DNA from: an uncultured Nitrososphaeraceae archaeon | GTDB taxonomy: Archaea; Thermoproteota; Nitrososphaeria; Nitrososphaerales; Nitrososphaeraceae | DNA: 64,000 bases | NCBI GenBank assembly: GCA_963825865.1 | Contig: CAWGVG010000046.1 | Location: forward strand, 1-64,000 | Direction of reading: 5' to 3' | Part shown: in pieces, positions 24,491 through 35,243 of the stretch | How positions within the stretch are numbered: the first letter of the stretch is position 1 | Layout: the number at the start of each line of letters is the position of its first letter | Translations under genes and position numbers: made by a program | The notes under the pieces: generated by a model | What the model was told of the DNA's origin: nothing | The model's input: only the letters and a program-made list of their open reading frames with translations | The model's database searches: none

Positions 24491-24743
24491 AGTTTTTCCA
24501 TAACACATTTTTACTCCTTTTTTATTAGTACAATAATATTGTTATTATATCATCTGGAATGAATTATAGTTAATGCAGTCGCTTCCTTAACTTAGAACTA
24601 AGGGGAGCAAATTGTTAACTATTATTCGACAAACCTTGATTTACATATACATGAAAAATGTTATTAACTGTCTGATTACTAGAAAATAGTATGGACAAGT
24701 CGAATTACCTTGAACAGAATAATTTTTTAATATAATACTTGAT

Positions 24744-24809
24744 TTTCTTTTACAACTAATTTAAGAAGTCTTTTAATGTTTCTTTTACAACTAATTTAAG
24801 AAGTCTTTT
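24744..24809. repeat. 31-bp direct repeat, two copies, period 35
   Basis: tttcttttacaactaatttaagaagtctttt at 24744-24774 and 24779-24809. Confidence 0.85.
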
Positions 24810-25352
24810 GTAGATTCCTTTCAATTCTTCTCCTTTCGAAGTCGTGATTCCTTTAATTTTAGCAAGAACAGTAAGTTTAAATGATTTTGTAAATTTCATT
24901 GCATATTCTAATACATTAATAATTCTTTCTTCCGCTGCTATTACTACTGGATGTAAAACCTCCTTTAGTTCAATAGCTGTTTCTTTTGCTTTTTTAACAG
25001 GTAGTCTTGTTCTATCAAAAACAATTACGTTTGTAGAATTATTATTTTTTCTTAATTCTTCTTTCTCTTGATCTTCTTCTTCTTTGTCCGTTATAATAAT
25101 ACTGTTAATGCCTTCTGTTCTAAAATACACTGCAATATCATCATATCCTTCTAGTAAATCCTTTGGAATAAAATGTCTTTTTTGATTTAAAACTCCTTTC
25201 GCTTCTACTACTATGAAAGGCTCGCACAGTCCTTGTATTGAACCAAGATATACGTCATTAGTAATACTTCTTGCTTCCTTTTTTATTATGTTATTCCAGT
25301 TTATGATAGTACTACTGCCTAGATTAAGATGACTGATAGTATTGCTTTTCAT
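24756..25352 (-). CDS. hypothetical protein
   Basis: 198-aa ORF; INWNNIIKKEARS...LG.IQ...FIPK.L.EGYD pattern seen in thaumarchaeal paralogues. Confidence 0.55.
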   Translation of the reverse strand: MKSNTISHLNLGSSTIINWNNIIKKEARSITNDVYLGSIQGLCEPFIVVEAKGVLNQKRHFIPKDLLEGYDDIAVYFRTEGINSIIITDKEEEDQEKEELRKNNNSTNVIVFDRTRLPVKKAKETAIELKEVLHPVVIAAEERIINVLEYAMKFTKSFKLTVLAKIKGITTSKGEELKGIYKRLLKLVVKETLKDFLN

Positions 25353-25726
25353 AATTTTTCGTTATGTATACAATTTTAATTTAATACAAAGGATAGTCAC
25401 TAGTTGTTGGTTTTTTTGTTCACTATTCTTTATTGCAGATCCAGTTATTCACGTATCCTGCTCCACTTACGTCGGAACTAAAAGTGCTGCTACCTATATT
25501 ATTAATTACACTGGAATCTATACTTTGAAGCGCATCTTGAAACTTTGCCAACATGGAACCTGTGGTATCATTCTTCAATTGGTTATAGTATTTTTCAAAA
25601 GCTTTTTTGAAGTCTCAATATTGATTAACACAAAACACAATTTTGGGATTAGATTTGAGATCATAAGTAATACCACATGTTATAGGATTGTCCATCTCTA
25701 TCTTAGAAATTCTTTTGATAAAATAT

Positions 25727-26041
25727 TCATGAGTTAAGCCGACTTCTTACAGCTCCATATAGGCCTTTTAATCCATCTTTTTCAAGGTCAATGTTAACTT
25801 TCATGTAGTAGGGATGAAAAAAGTCTTTAATGAAACAAATATAATTCTGATTCAATTTTGTTTTCTTTCCACTTAAATCACCACAATAAAGACCTCCTAA
25901 AACCTCAGTGTAAGTAGATAACCCTAAAGCGGCAAGGTAATTTGCAGTTCCTCTAATTGCTACTGGTATGTCCTTTTCAATAATAAACTCACGAACTGTA
26001 TCAAGGTAATTTATAGCATTTTGTAAAGATATGTATGACAT
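25727..26041 (-). CDS. hypothetical protein (probably continues by frameshift toward ~25400)
   Basis: ANYLAALGLSTYTEVLGG...LYGAVR; coding-like sequence continues downstream. Confidence 0.45.
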   Translation of the reverse strand: MSYISLQNAINYLDTVREFIIEKDIPVAIRGTANYLAALGLSTYTEVLGGLYCGDLSGKKTKLNQNYICFIKDFFHPYYMKVNIDLEKDGLKGLYGAVRSRLNS

Positions 26042-26724
26042 TCTGGTTCCTCTAATTTATCATGATTTTCGACGAGTTCACATACAAATTCCTTTGCAGA
26101 AGCAAAGGATAAGGTCTATAATCAGATTGAGCAAGCAATCTACATAACCTATAAGGATTGCTAGGCTAGTTTTTCCGTTGATTTTTGTAACGAGGTAAGG
26201 TATGACTGTGCATGTTCCAAAGCTTTTCTTTCAGTCTCTGATAATGGGGTATCACCACCAATCATTCTATATTTTCTTTCAGGATGCGGTGGTATATTAA
26301 TGTCAACTTTGTCCCAACATTTGATAACTTATAATAGTGACATACGAAGATCACAAGTACAAATTTTAGGAATGAACTGCCTCTGCTTGACTGACACTTG
26401 ATAATATCAAAGCAATAAACAATGATTCGGCTAAGAATGACTCTCTGTAGAGCTCGCTGCTCGCTCTGACATAATCCTTATTTTCTCCGTATTCAGAAAA
26501 CATATTGATTTGAAATATTAAGTGTTAAAGAGAATTCTATTTTCTTCTCTCAGAGCATATTCAAAACCTTTCCATGATTCAATCTCTTTATGGTATAGCA
26601 GAAATATTTTCTATCTTTTTAGAAAGGTTGACAAAAAACTGCAACTACTTACGATGGTTATTTGATTCAGTCAACTATGATGATAAGATAATTAACAGTG
26701 ATATCGAGAACTCGTTTCATGCAT

Positions 26725-26832
26725 GCAGCCAATGATACAGTCAGAGAGATATAGCGCAGATATTACACGTATCGAATGCTACTGTTAACAGAGATTTATC
26801 CATTCTAAGAGAGCAGGCCAAAACAAATATCA
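26725..26832 (+). pseudogene. remnant paralogue of the HTH gene at 13445
   Basis: encodes SQRDIAQILHVSNATVNRDLSILREQAKTNI versus SQREIAQILQVSNGTVNRDLSYLRRQAKSNI. Confidence 0.75.
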
Positions 26833-26962
26833 CGCTCTATGTATACTTGATTAAACTTAACGCCAGCATCATGTGGTAGATCTCTTTTTGACAGCTACGG
26901 AATCTTTCTATAGATAGTTGCAGAATAGACCTATAGGTAAGACAAGATAGATATGTATTATA

Positions 26963-28205
26963 ATGTTGTCAAAAACTGACTCTCATAATTATGTGTATGC
27001 TGCCAACATCAAAGATATAGATGCTGCTGGTGGTTGTTTATCTATCACAGTTGAAAAACACACTATTGCAATTTTCATTTATGATTCTAAGTTATATGCT
27101 GTAGACAACCGCTGTCCGCATATGGGCTTTCCTTTAAACCAAGGTACTGTCAAAGATGGCATTCTCACATGCCATTGGCATCATGCACGCTTTGATCTTA
27201 TGAACGGAGGAACATTTGACCAGTGGGCCGGTGATGTTACTTCTTTTCCTGTAGAAATTCGTAATGGAAACGAGGTATGGATAGATATTTCACCTGCAGT
27301 AGTAGATACTGATTCCTACTATTATCATCATAAAACACTGCTACAGAATGGACTGAAGCAAAACATTCCATTAATGATTGCAAAAACAATCATTGCAATG
27401 TTAGATGAGGATAATAGTAGGGATAGAGAAGATGGTAACGAAAAAGACAATGATGGTTTGTTAAATGCATTCTCTGTTGGTCTTGATTTTGGTAGCCATT
27501 ACAGACAATCTGGATGGGGTCAGGGCTTAACAACACATACTTGCATGATGAATATTGTTCCTTATCTTGATACAGAAGACAGGCCTTATGCTCTATATCA
27601 TGGTCTTTCTGCTGTAGCACAGGACTGTGCTTCGATGCCGCCACGTTTTAAAATATTCTCATTACCAGAACCTTGGCCAGATTTGTTTACGCTTAAACGT
27701 TGGTTCAGACAGTTTATTGAATCTCGTGATGCCCAAGCGGCAGAAAGGTGTATCGTTACTGCTGTAAGGCTTGGTGCCAATAGCTCTCAAATATCAGATA
27801 TACTTTTTGGCAGCAGCTACCGACCATCGTTATATTGACGTTGGCCATGTTCTGGACTTTACTAACAAAGCATTAGAAGCACTTGATACAGCTGAGTGGG
27901 AAGATAACAACGACAACAATAAGGAGCTAGTAGAGTCAGTATTGAGTAGCCTGGTGTCTGGATACGCTAACGCCGAAAGAATGGAAGAATCTAACTCATG
28001 GCGATACCCAATAGATTTGATTGATATCCTTGAAAAAGCCTTCAAAAAATTACCTATAGTTTTGAATAATTATGGTAGTAGAGAAAGAGAACAGGCAGAA
28101 GAAGACAAAAGAGGAAGAAGTAATCAAAGAAGAAACCAAATAGTGACAGTGTTATTAGGTGATGATCCACAGTTAATCGTAAACTCATTATTAGATGCCT
28201 TAAGC
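26963..28205 (+). pseudogene. Rieske [2Fe-2S] domain protein with long helical C-terminus, truncated by an IS
   Basis: CPHMGFPL...CHWHHARFDL Rieske motif; GWGQGLT, ALYHGL, GHVLDFTNKA; reading frame runs into the IS TIR at 28206. Confidence 0.85.
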
Positions 28206-29319
28206 GGGGTTGTTGCCTAATTCGTTTTAATTGACTGTAAATATGATTTCACGGTTTTCGATTTAGCTTAGAAAGGGTATGCACCCTCTTATTGACTTGC
28301 AAGCACAAGAGGAAAGATGGTTACTGGTTGTGTTACCATCTAGCACATACCCTAGAACGAGATATGCTTATCGAAAATATAGTTTCTCTGGTCAAAGAAA
28401 ATCCTCCTCCTACTTTAAAGAAGAACAGTAATAGAGGAAGGAAACCAATTCATTCTTGGGAAAAACTTGTCTGTATTTGTATATTGATGGTTGTTTTCGG
28501 TTCAACGTACAGAGATATACAGAATATAGTACCCTCTCTTAATTTGCCATGGAATAACGAGCCATATCCAGATCATACGTGGATATCACGTACATTCAAG
28601 AAGATACCGCTGATATATCTTGAACGTGTACTAATATGGTCAGCTTATCTATGTTTGAAAGAATCAGGCTGGAAGAAGGGTATTCTCGCATCAGATAGCA
28701 CCGGTGTAGAGACAAACAGGTACGGATACGAAGTACGATTTATCAAAAATAGTAGTAAGAAATTCGAAAAGATAAGGGTAAAACAGTATCTGAAATGGCA
28801 TATCACAGGGATACTTGATCATCTCATAATACTTAATACACGACTTACCAGTAAGAAAACACACGATTCTCCAGTACTCCGAACAATGCTAAACAGATTG
28901 AAGAAATATAGATTAGACTTTGCAGGTTCAACATTCAATGGTAACAGAGGTTATGATGGCAACAAGAACTTCCAGTCAGTGTTTAACATGAACATGCTTC
29001 CAAATATCAAGCAGAGAAAAAACTCCAAGAACAAGAATAGCAGTAGTAAGAAGAACAAATACAGAAAGAAGGCTGCAAAGATATTCAATGCATCAATATA
29101 TCGTTATAGAGGATTGATAGAAGGAATATTTGGAGCTGAAGAAACTAAACATCATCATCATCAGCTATACTGCACATTCAGATTAAAGAACAATCAGAAA
29201 AGATTTGGATTAATTAAATCAATAGGCTGGAACCTAGAAGTCCTTAACAGACTACAATGTGCAAACAAACTGGGAATAAAGGTGACACCATATGCGATAT
29301 CAAATTAGGCAACAACCCC
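28206..29319 (+). mobile_element. IS5/IS4-like insertion sequence
   Basis: perfect 17-bp TIRs ggggttgttgcctaatt / aattaggcaacaacccc flanking a DDE transposase; no TSD visible. Confidence 0.9.
28292..29308 (+). CDS. DDE transposase (second catalytic Asp appears replaced by Asn)
   Basis: PDHTWI, ASDSTG, YLKWH, HDS, FNGNRGYD, YRYRGLIEGIFG. Confidence 0.85.
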   Translation: MTCKHKRKDGYWLCYHLAHTLERDMLIENIVSLVKENPPPTLKKNSNRGRKPIHSWEKLVCICILMVVFGSTYRDIQNIVPSLNLPWNNEPYPDHTWISRTFKKIPLIYLERVLIWSAYLCLKESGWKKGILASDSTGVETNRYGYEVRFIKNSSKKFEKIRVKQYLKWHITGILDHLIILNTRLTSKKTHDSPVLRTMLNRLKKYRLDFAGSTFNGNRGYDGNKNFQSVFNMNMLPNIKQRKNSKNKNSSSKKNKYRKKAAKIFNASIYRYRGLIEGIFGAEETKHHHHQLYCTFRLKNNQKRFGLIKSIGWNLEVLNRLQCANKLGIKVTPYAISN

Positions 29320-29426
29320 GGATAGATTATAGCATTCACATTGAAAATTATAAAAACTATCAGTAAAATTGAATTATGCAACTTGTAATTATCTGTAGAT
29401 CAATATAGTTTAATGTGTTTTTTATC

Positions 29427-29755
29427 TTACTTCTTTTTTACTTCTCTTATTACAAAATCTACAGATTTTTTTAATTCCTTTTTGTCCAATTCTATTGGCT
29501 GTTTTGTGTCTATCTCTACGCTATCCTTGTCTTGAGCAATTTTTTTGATAGTTCTTTGAATTTCGTTCTCCATTTCTGCATGTCCTATTAGGCCTAACAG
29601 CTTTGATTCTGAAGCATGTTTGCGTATAGATTTACGCAATTCATTATTTGTTGAAACAAGTGTTGCTGAATTGTAAATTCCTAACAACATCAAAAATGCT
29701 GCTATATTCAAAACTGTTATCGTTGTAAGTCCAAAGGGAGGGTAGGGAGCAACAA
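29427..29755 (-). pseudogene. C-terminal fragment of a membrane protein
   Basis: PPFGLTTI...LGIYNSA..VS.N.ELRKSI...LLGLIG.AEME pattern; no N-terminus. Confidence 0.5.
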
Positions 29756-29756
29756 T

Positions 29757-29975
29757 TTGTGCGCATTTGAAGTTGCCTTTCCTGATAACGCAATTTTCGG
29801 AGTTATGAAAGGTGGTGTCTCTAAAACTGTAGCTGATGGGCGTTATATAATAACCCAACCACTTGCAAAAGGCACCTACACCATCCAGTACAAATTAAGT
29901 TTGATATGTCAGGGAACAGATTGCCTACAGCCTAATTTCGCCCAAAATGTAAAATATACCGTAATTGTAGAATAG
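29757..29975 (+). pseudogene. C-terminal fragment of a secreted thaumarchaeal-type protein
   Basis: FPDNAIFG...VADG.YIITQPL..G.YTI...NFAQNVKY; abuts the opposite-strand fragment. Confidence 0.5.
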
Positions 29976-30162
29976 ATATCCATTTTTTCTCGAGCTAATT
30001 TATTATAATAATGGCTCAATTCACAGTCAACAAGTTACATGATAAATTATTATTATTACATTATAACACAACAATGCACTGCCATAACTTATTTGACTTT
30101 TCAGCATCAATGAGCTAAACCTTATTTATGCTGCAGCTTGTAATAATGATACTGAAAAATAG

Positions 30163-31386
30163 ATGCAGGCTTGGACAATTTCAAGATGTCTCATTCTGCA
30201 ACCGTTTTTCTTGATTGTCACTATGGCAGTTATTATTATTATTATATTATACAGTTTGTCTTGGCCGACAAATGTCTTTGCTTTATCCCCTGCTTTTGGG
30301 CGCCAAGAAATAGCAAATCCCTGGTACCATTGGACAGATATGCAAAGTGGGGAGGAGACTAACATAGGACCTAACTATACAAATATACACTCAGTCACTT
30401 ACTCTAGCGATGGCAGGTTTTTAAATTCTACACTTTGGTTTCCCTCATTAAGCGGATTAACTTCATCAAATGGTAAGCCTTCTGCTGATGTTATAGCTTA
30501 TGGAATTATGATTGATGCTGATCTAAATGGCGACTCTGGATTCCAAGGAGTTGATTATGAGCTTCAAATTAGTTGGAACAACAACACCAAAGCATGGACA
30601 CAAACATTGATAGAGTATGCCTCAGATGGCAACTCGAGAAGAATTTCGCCAGCTGCTGACACTAACTTTACAGGTTTCACTGAGAAGGACAAAAATTATG
30701 TTAAATTAGATTTGGACTTGAAGTCCATACTTTATCCACCGCGATATAGGATATTCTTCTATGCCTACTCATTAGAGAATAATAAGAGTTGGCTCCTAGA
30801 CCCAGTCAGATGGATATATGTTCCACCACCTGAATTTTCTATGTCTACCTCACCAGCTACTTTAGATATAACGGCTGGAGACAAAGGCACCATTGAGCTT
30901 AATGTAAACTCGACCACAGGTTTTCAACCAACTGTTTATCTGGATATACCGTATCTGCCAGCAAATATTGGAGTAGAATATGAAAATGGAAACAAAACGT
31001 TAAAGATGCCAATTTATAATGTGGCTAAATCAAGCTTAGTTATCAATAGCGCAGCCAATATGAAGCCTGGCCTTCATACAATAGATGTATTCGGGAACGT
31101 AGTTTTTCAACCACAGTATTTTAAACCTCCATTCAGTGATTCTCCTATTATTATAAATCCTGAAAATATAACGACCAAGACAAGTTTCAATATAAAAGTA
31201 CAAAAAGCCCTAGAACCCTTAGAGAAAGTCCAACAAATGTGGAATCAAATAGGCGGTGTATTCAGTTTCATATATGTTCCTGCCGTGGCCATCATCGGAT
31301 GGATACTTACTAAACATGCAAAGAAGAGGCAAGAAAGATCAAGGGAAAGGAGAAAGAGTAAGCATTCTAATTCCGATAGTTCATAA
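30163..31386 (+). CDS. membrane-anchored exported protein
   Basis: N-terminal signal/TM helix, beta-rich body (YSSDGRFLNSTLW, IDAD..GVDY), C-terminal TM plus basic tail. Confidence 0.75.
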   Translation: MQAWTISRCLILQPFFLIVTMAVIIIIILYSLSWPTNVFALSPAFGRQEIANPWYHWTDMQSGEETNIGPNYTNIHSVTYSSDGRFLNSTLWFPSLSGLTSSNGKPSADVIAYGIMIDADLNGDSGFQGVDYELQISWNNNTKAWTQTLIEYASDGNSRRISPAADTNFTGFTEKDKNYVKLDLDLKSILYPPRYRIFFYAYSLENNKSWLLDPVRWIYVPPPEFSMSTSPATLDITAGDKGTIELNVNSTTGFQPTVYLDIPYLPANIGVEYENGNKTLKMPIYNVAKSSLVINSAANMKPGLHTIDVFGNVVFQPQYFKPPFSDSPIIINPENITTKTSFNIKVQKALEPLEKVQQMWNQIGGVFSFIYVPAVAIIGWILTKHAKKRQERSRERRKSKHSNSDSS

Positions 31387-31595
31387 TAGTCATTTTAACC
31401 CATAGGTTAAACAGAACAACACATCATCATGATAGATCTGATGTCCATAATACGTCAAAAACAAATAAAAAAGCATCTCTACGCATAGCATATATTTGCT
31501 GCTTAACAGATCCTTGAAAAATGATTCATTTATCGAATTCGTATATATATTATAATAATAATAAGTTGATGGCCTGTTGTGGTTGTTATTTTTTG

Positions 31596-31800
31596 CTAGC
31601 TGGTCGAATTTGTGGTAGTGGTAGTAGTAGAGTTGGATAGAGTAGAGTTGGAGCTTGTTGTTGATGGTGGAATAGGTGCATCAAGAAATGCAACTGTTGT
31701 TTGTACAGGAAACGACATTATACCAATAATTAGTCCCATTAGGACAAATGTTACTGTCAAAACGAATAGCATCATAAATGCTGCATTATCTTTCATTAGC
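31596..31800 (-). CDS. small membrane protein with Ser/Thr-rich tail
   Basis: one TM helix followed by PPSTTSSNSTLSNSTTTT. Confidence 0.45.
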
Positions 31801-31966
31801 ATATGAAAAGTTATGTTAGACAGACTAAAATACTTTGAGTATATGTTTCGAGTTTTAGATAGACAGATAGATACCTGCATGAATATCCCCCAATTAATAA
31901 AAATTAAAAGAATAAAAGTTAATTTCGTTTTTGTTTTTGTTGTTGTTCTTCTTCCTTCTCTCTCTT

Positions 31967-33122
31967 TTACTCTACTTCCTCATCCTTAGCTGCTTTCTTA
32001 CTACCGCTGCCCTTCTTCTTCAATTCTTCATCCATATCATCTGATCCCCTTTCGTTTACAGTAAATCTCGCATCCGAATATGGATGGTAAGGAGAGTCTA
32101 TCATCTTTGCAACCCTATTTTCTCCAGATTTTCTAAGATATACCCTGTAAGTTGAAGCATGTCCTAACACATTTCCACCAGCTGCTTTTGTGGGATCTCC
32201 AAAGAAGGTATCAGGAGATGATTGCACTTGGTTTGTTATAACTATGGCAATGTTGTATATTTCAGCAAGTCTTATGATCTTGTGTAACATGCTATTGAGC
32301 CTCTGCTGTCTATCAGCCAATGTACCTCTTCCCGCAAACTCTGCCCTATGAAGAGAAATTATACTATCAATTATCACCAATTTCGCTTTAAAGTCATCGA
32401 CATATTTACCAAGGTTCTTTATTATTAGTTCCAAATGAGAGCTGTTGTAGACTTTGCACACTGCTACATTCTTTAACACTTGTAACTGGATCAAATCCTC
32501 TTGCTCGTGCTATCTCTTGTACTCTTTCAGGTCTGAACGTTCCTTCTGTATCTATGTATATTGTACTGCTATCCAGTCCACCTGATTCTATAGGCTGTCT
32601 AGCTATGGCACACAGAGTATGGCATATTTGTGACTTGCCAGAACCAAATTCTCCATAGAATTCAGTTACGGCCTGGGTCTCTATACCTCCGAGTAAGAGT
32701 TCATCAAGGGTACTAGAACCGGTAGAACATCTTAACAAGGATTTCCTTTTCTCTAGAGCTGCATCTGCAGTAACGAATTCTTTCTCCAACACTTTGGAGT
32801 CTCTTAATAACTTTTGGGCTGGCAATTATGAATGTACTAGCACTCTCTTTTGAAGCGTTAATGTCCACAGATAATTCGTCGGCAGTTGCTACTGCGAGAT
32901 CCATCACAGAGACAATACCTGCTTCTTTCAGCTTTTTAGCTGTCGTAGGACCAATGCCTTCTATGTCTTGTATCTCTAGTTCAATTATATCCAATGATGA
33001 AGTTTCAGATACTGTTGTTGCTGGCAGCAGGCAGCACTTGTATCACCCTTTATAGCAGTGATATTATTATTACTATTAGCAGTAGTAGATTCATTTTCTA
33101 CAGACGGTTTTCTATCCACCAT
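31967..33122 (-). CDS. radA: DNA repair and recombination protein RadA (frameshifts near 32480, 32820, 33025)
   Basis: Hh[65 protein letters not shown]; upstream frame extends to ATG at 33122. Confidence 0.95.
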
Positions 33123-33667
33123 ATGACGTTCGAACTACATATAATGAACGCTTGTATTAATATTGAAAGGTACCAAATAGGGGGGGAGGGCGGCGTGATA
33201 AATGAATGAATCTACAGGCATATACCACTCCTTATTCTTCTCACATTCTACCAATCATACCATTCTACCGCTCCTTTAGATAGTATCAAGCTGCTGCTTA
33301 ACAATGAACAGAATATAAAAAAAACAAACTGTTAATAAGAAAAATTAGTTAGTCAGACTATCATAACGGTGAGAATATGCAGGTGTAATCAACGGCCATC
33401 AGTCACAGCCGTACCATCTAAAATATAAAAATTGGCTAGTGTATATACCTTAACGGTTATTATTTTAATATGATCAATATAGTAGTTATTTTAGTACAAT
33501 CCATAAATCTTAACATAGAAAAAGAGAACCAAACTTAAAATAGCCTATCAATAGAACCTCAAGATCCGAGGTACTTTTTCAAGAATTCTAAATATAATAA
33601 GCGCTATAGAAAACAGGCTGGAAGAGATGATAACAGAAAAACAAAACAAAACAAACAACCAAGCTAA

Positions 33668-33887
33668 CTAGCTTGATGGCATTTCACAAAGATCAGCATA
33701 GAAATTGCTCCCATATACGAGGCCGAACTTTTTGAACATAATTACACATTCCTCTGAATCGAACACGTAATGCGAATCCATCAATTATCTCTTTGATTAC
33801 CGTAACTTTTTGTCCTTCTTCTTCTCCTTCGCGTCCTACCAAGGTCTTTCCGCATAATGCACATTTAGCTTGTATTTTTTCGGCCAT
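33668..33887 (-). CDS. stand-alone TRASH-like metal-binding protein (frameshift near 33777)
   Basis: corrected translation CALCGK...IIDG/SHYVFDSEECVIMFKKFGLVYGSNFYADLCEMPSS*. Confidence 0.75.
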
Positions 33888-34213
33888 TGTGATGTTATCT
33901 TTTTTTATTTTTTATTTTATTCCACCTTACTGCGCTATCATAGGTAAGACTTGCTTCTGCCTCCTGCTTACTTCTTTTCATCTCTTTTTTCCTCATCAAC
34001 AATATTAACGCCATTATTATGATCTTTCACTGATAGTACTTTCCTTGGAAGTATATATTTAGATCCTTTTATTTCGCCTGTGAATTTTATTATATATATA
34101 TCATACTTTTTATTGTTTTTGCTACTTGTTTCTATACTTAGGAACTTTCAACAGCCACATCCACACATAATTTTAAATTCCTTTATATATCAATAAGTAG
34201 CATTTTTAGCATA

Positions 34214-35189
34214 TTGACTAGCTGTATTGCTTTTCATTCTTATAAGGGCGGTACTGGTAAGACAACAATAGCTGCCAATCTTGCTGCCTTATTAGCAAAA
34301 AAGGGGTATCGTGTATTTTTATTAGATCTTGATGTATATGCGCCCAGTCTTCAAGCTTATTTTGGAACTAAACCAAAAAGATGGATTAATGATTTCCTAA
34401 ATGGTCACTGCAGAAGTTGGAGACGTAGTAATGGACACCACACACATGGTAGAGGAAATTAATAGTAATAAGAAAATAGCTGGAAAATTATGGGTTGGCT
34501 TCTGCAGTTCAAAGAAGGAAGAAATTTACAAACTCGAGGGTAGTACTGGTGGTGGAAAGCAAGATAGTTCAAAGATACAGTTGCTTAGAAGGTTTATACT
34601 TTTGAGAGAACAACTGATTTCGCTGCATGACGCTGAATATATCATAATTGACACTAGCCCAGGTATAAGATATTGGTCAATAAATGCACTGGCCGTTGCA
34701 GATACACTCTTTCTAACCCTCAAAATGGGTGATCTTGACATTGATGGTACAAGAAAGATGGCTGACGAAATCTACGGATCCTTTACAAAGTTCGGCGCCA
34801 AGTCCTATCTTGTAATGAACAGGGTGGCTGGCTATTGTGTACCCCACTATGATATCATGTCTGCTTCTCAGATATCATCACCATCACCATCCCCATCCCC
34901 ATCATCACCAGCTACCTCTAATACTATTACGGATACTGATGAATCACGATCACATCACAATCAAAAATCTGCCATTACAGTGCAGCAACAAAAAGATGAA
35001 ACAAATACTATTAGCAATACGCTGTCTAGCGAAGTGGGAATGGATGTAATTTCTTCTATTGCATGCTATTGCGATATTCAATTTACTAGTAAAGAATTCT
35101 TAACTGCTATTAAATATCCGGACCATCCTTTTGCAAAGCAAATTGAACGGCTAATAGAAAAAATGAAAACAATGCCAACTAAAGCTTAA
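34214..35189 (+). CDS. MinD/ParA-family ATPase (frameshift near 34405)
   Basis: deviant Walker [32 protein letters not shown]. Confidence 0.9.
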
Positions 35190-35243
35190 TCCTTAAAAAA
35201 ACATAAAAAAAGTATATAGATGACGAATTAAAGACTTCAATTA

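Larger units (their letters stand above)
23098..24501 (-). pseudogene. cyclophilin-like fold protein (DUF369/TM1367-like) interrupted by IS5 after the first codons
   Basis: SPKTVKAILENLP, WGEELY, VAFWPEGNAFCLFYGPTP, PVNIIG; removing the IS restores MEKLIKIIFPEFNETVSVELDD from ATG at 24501. Confidence 0.85.
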
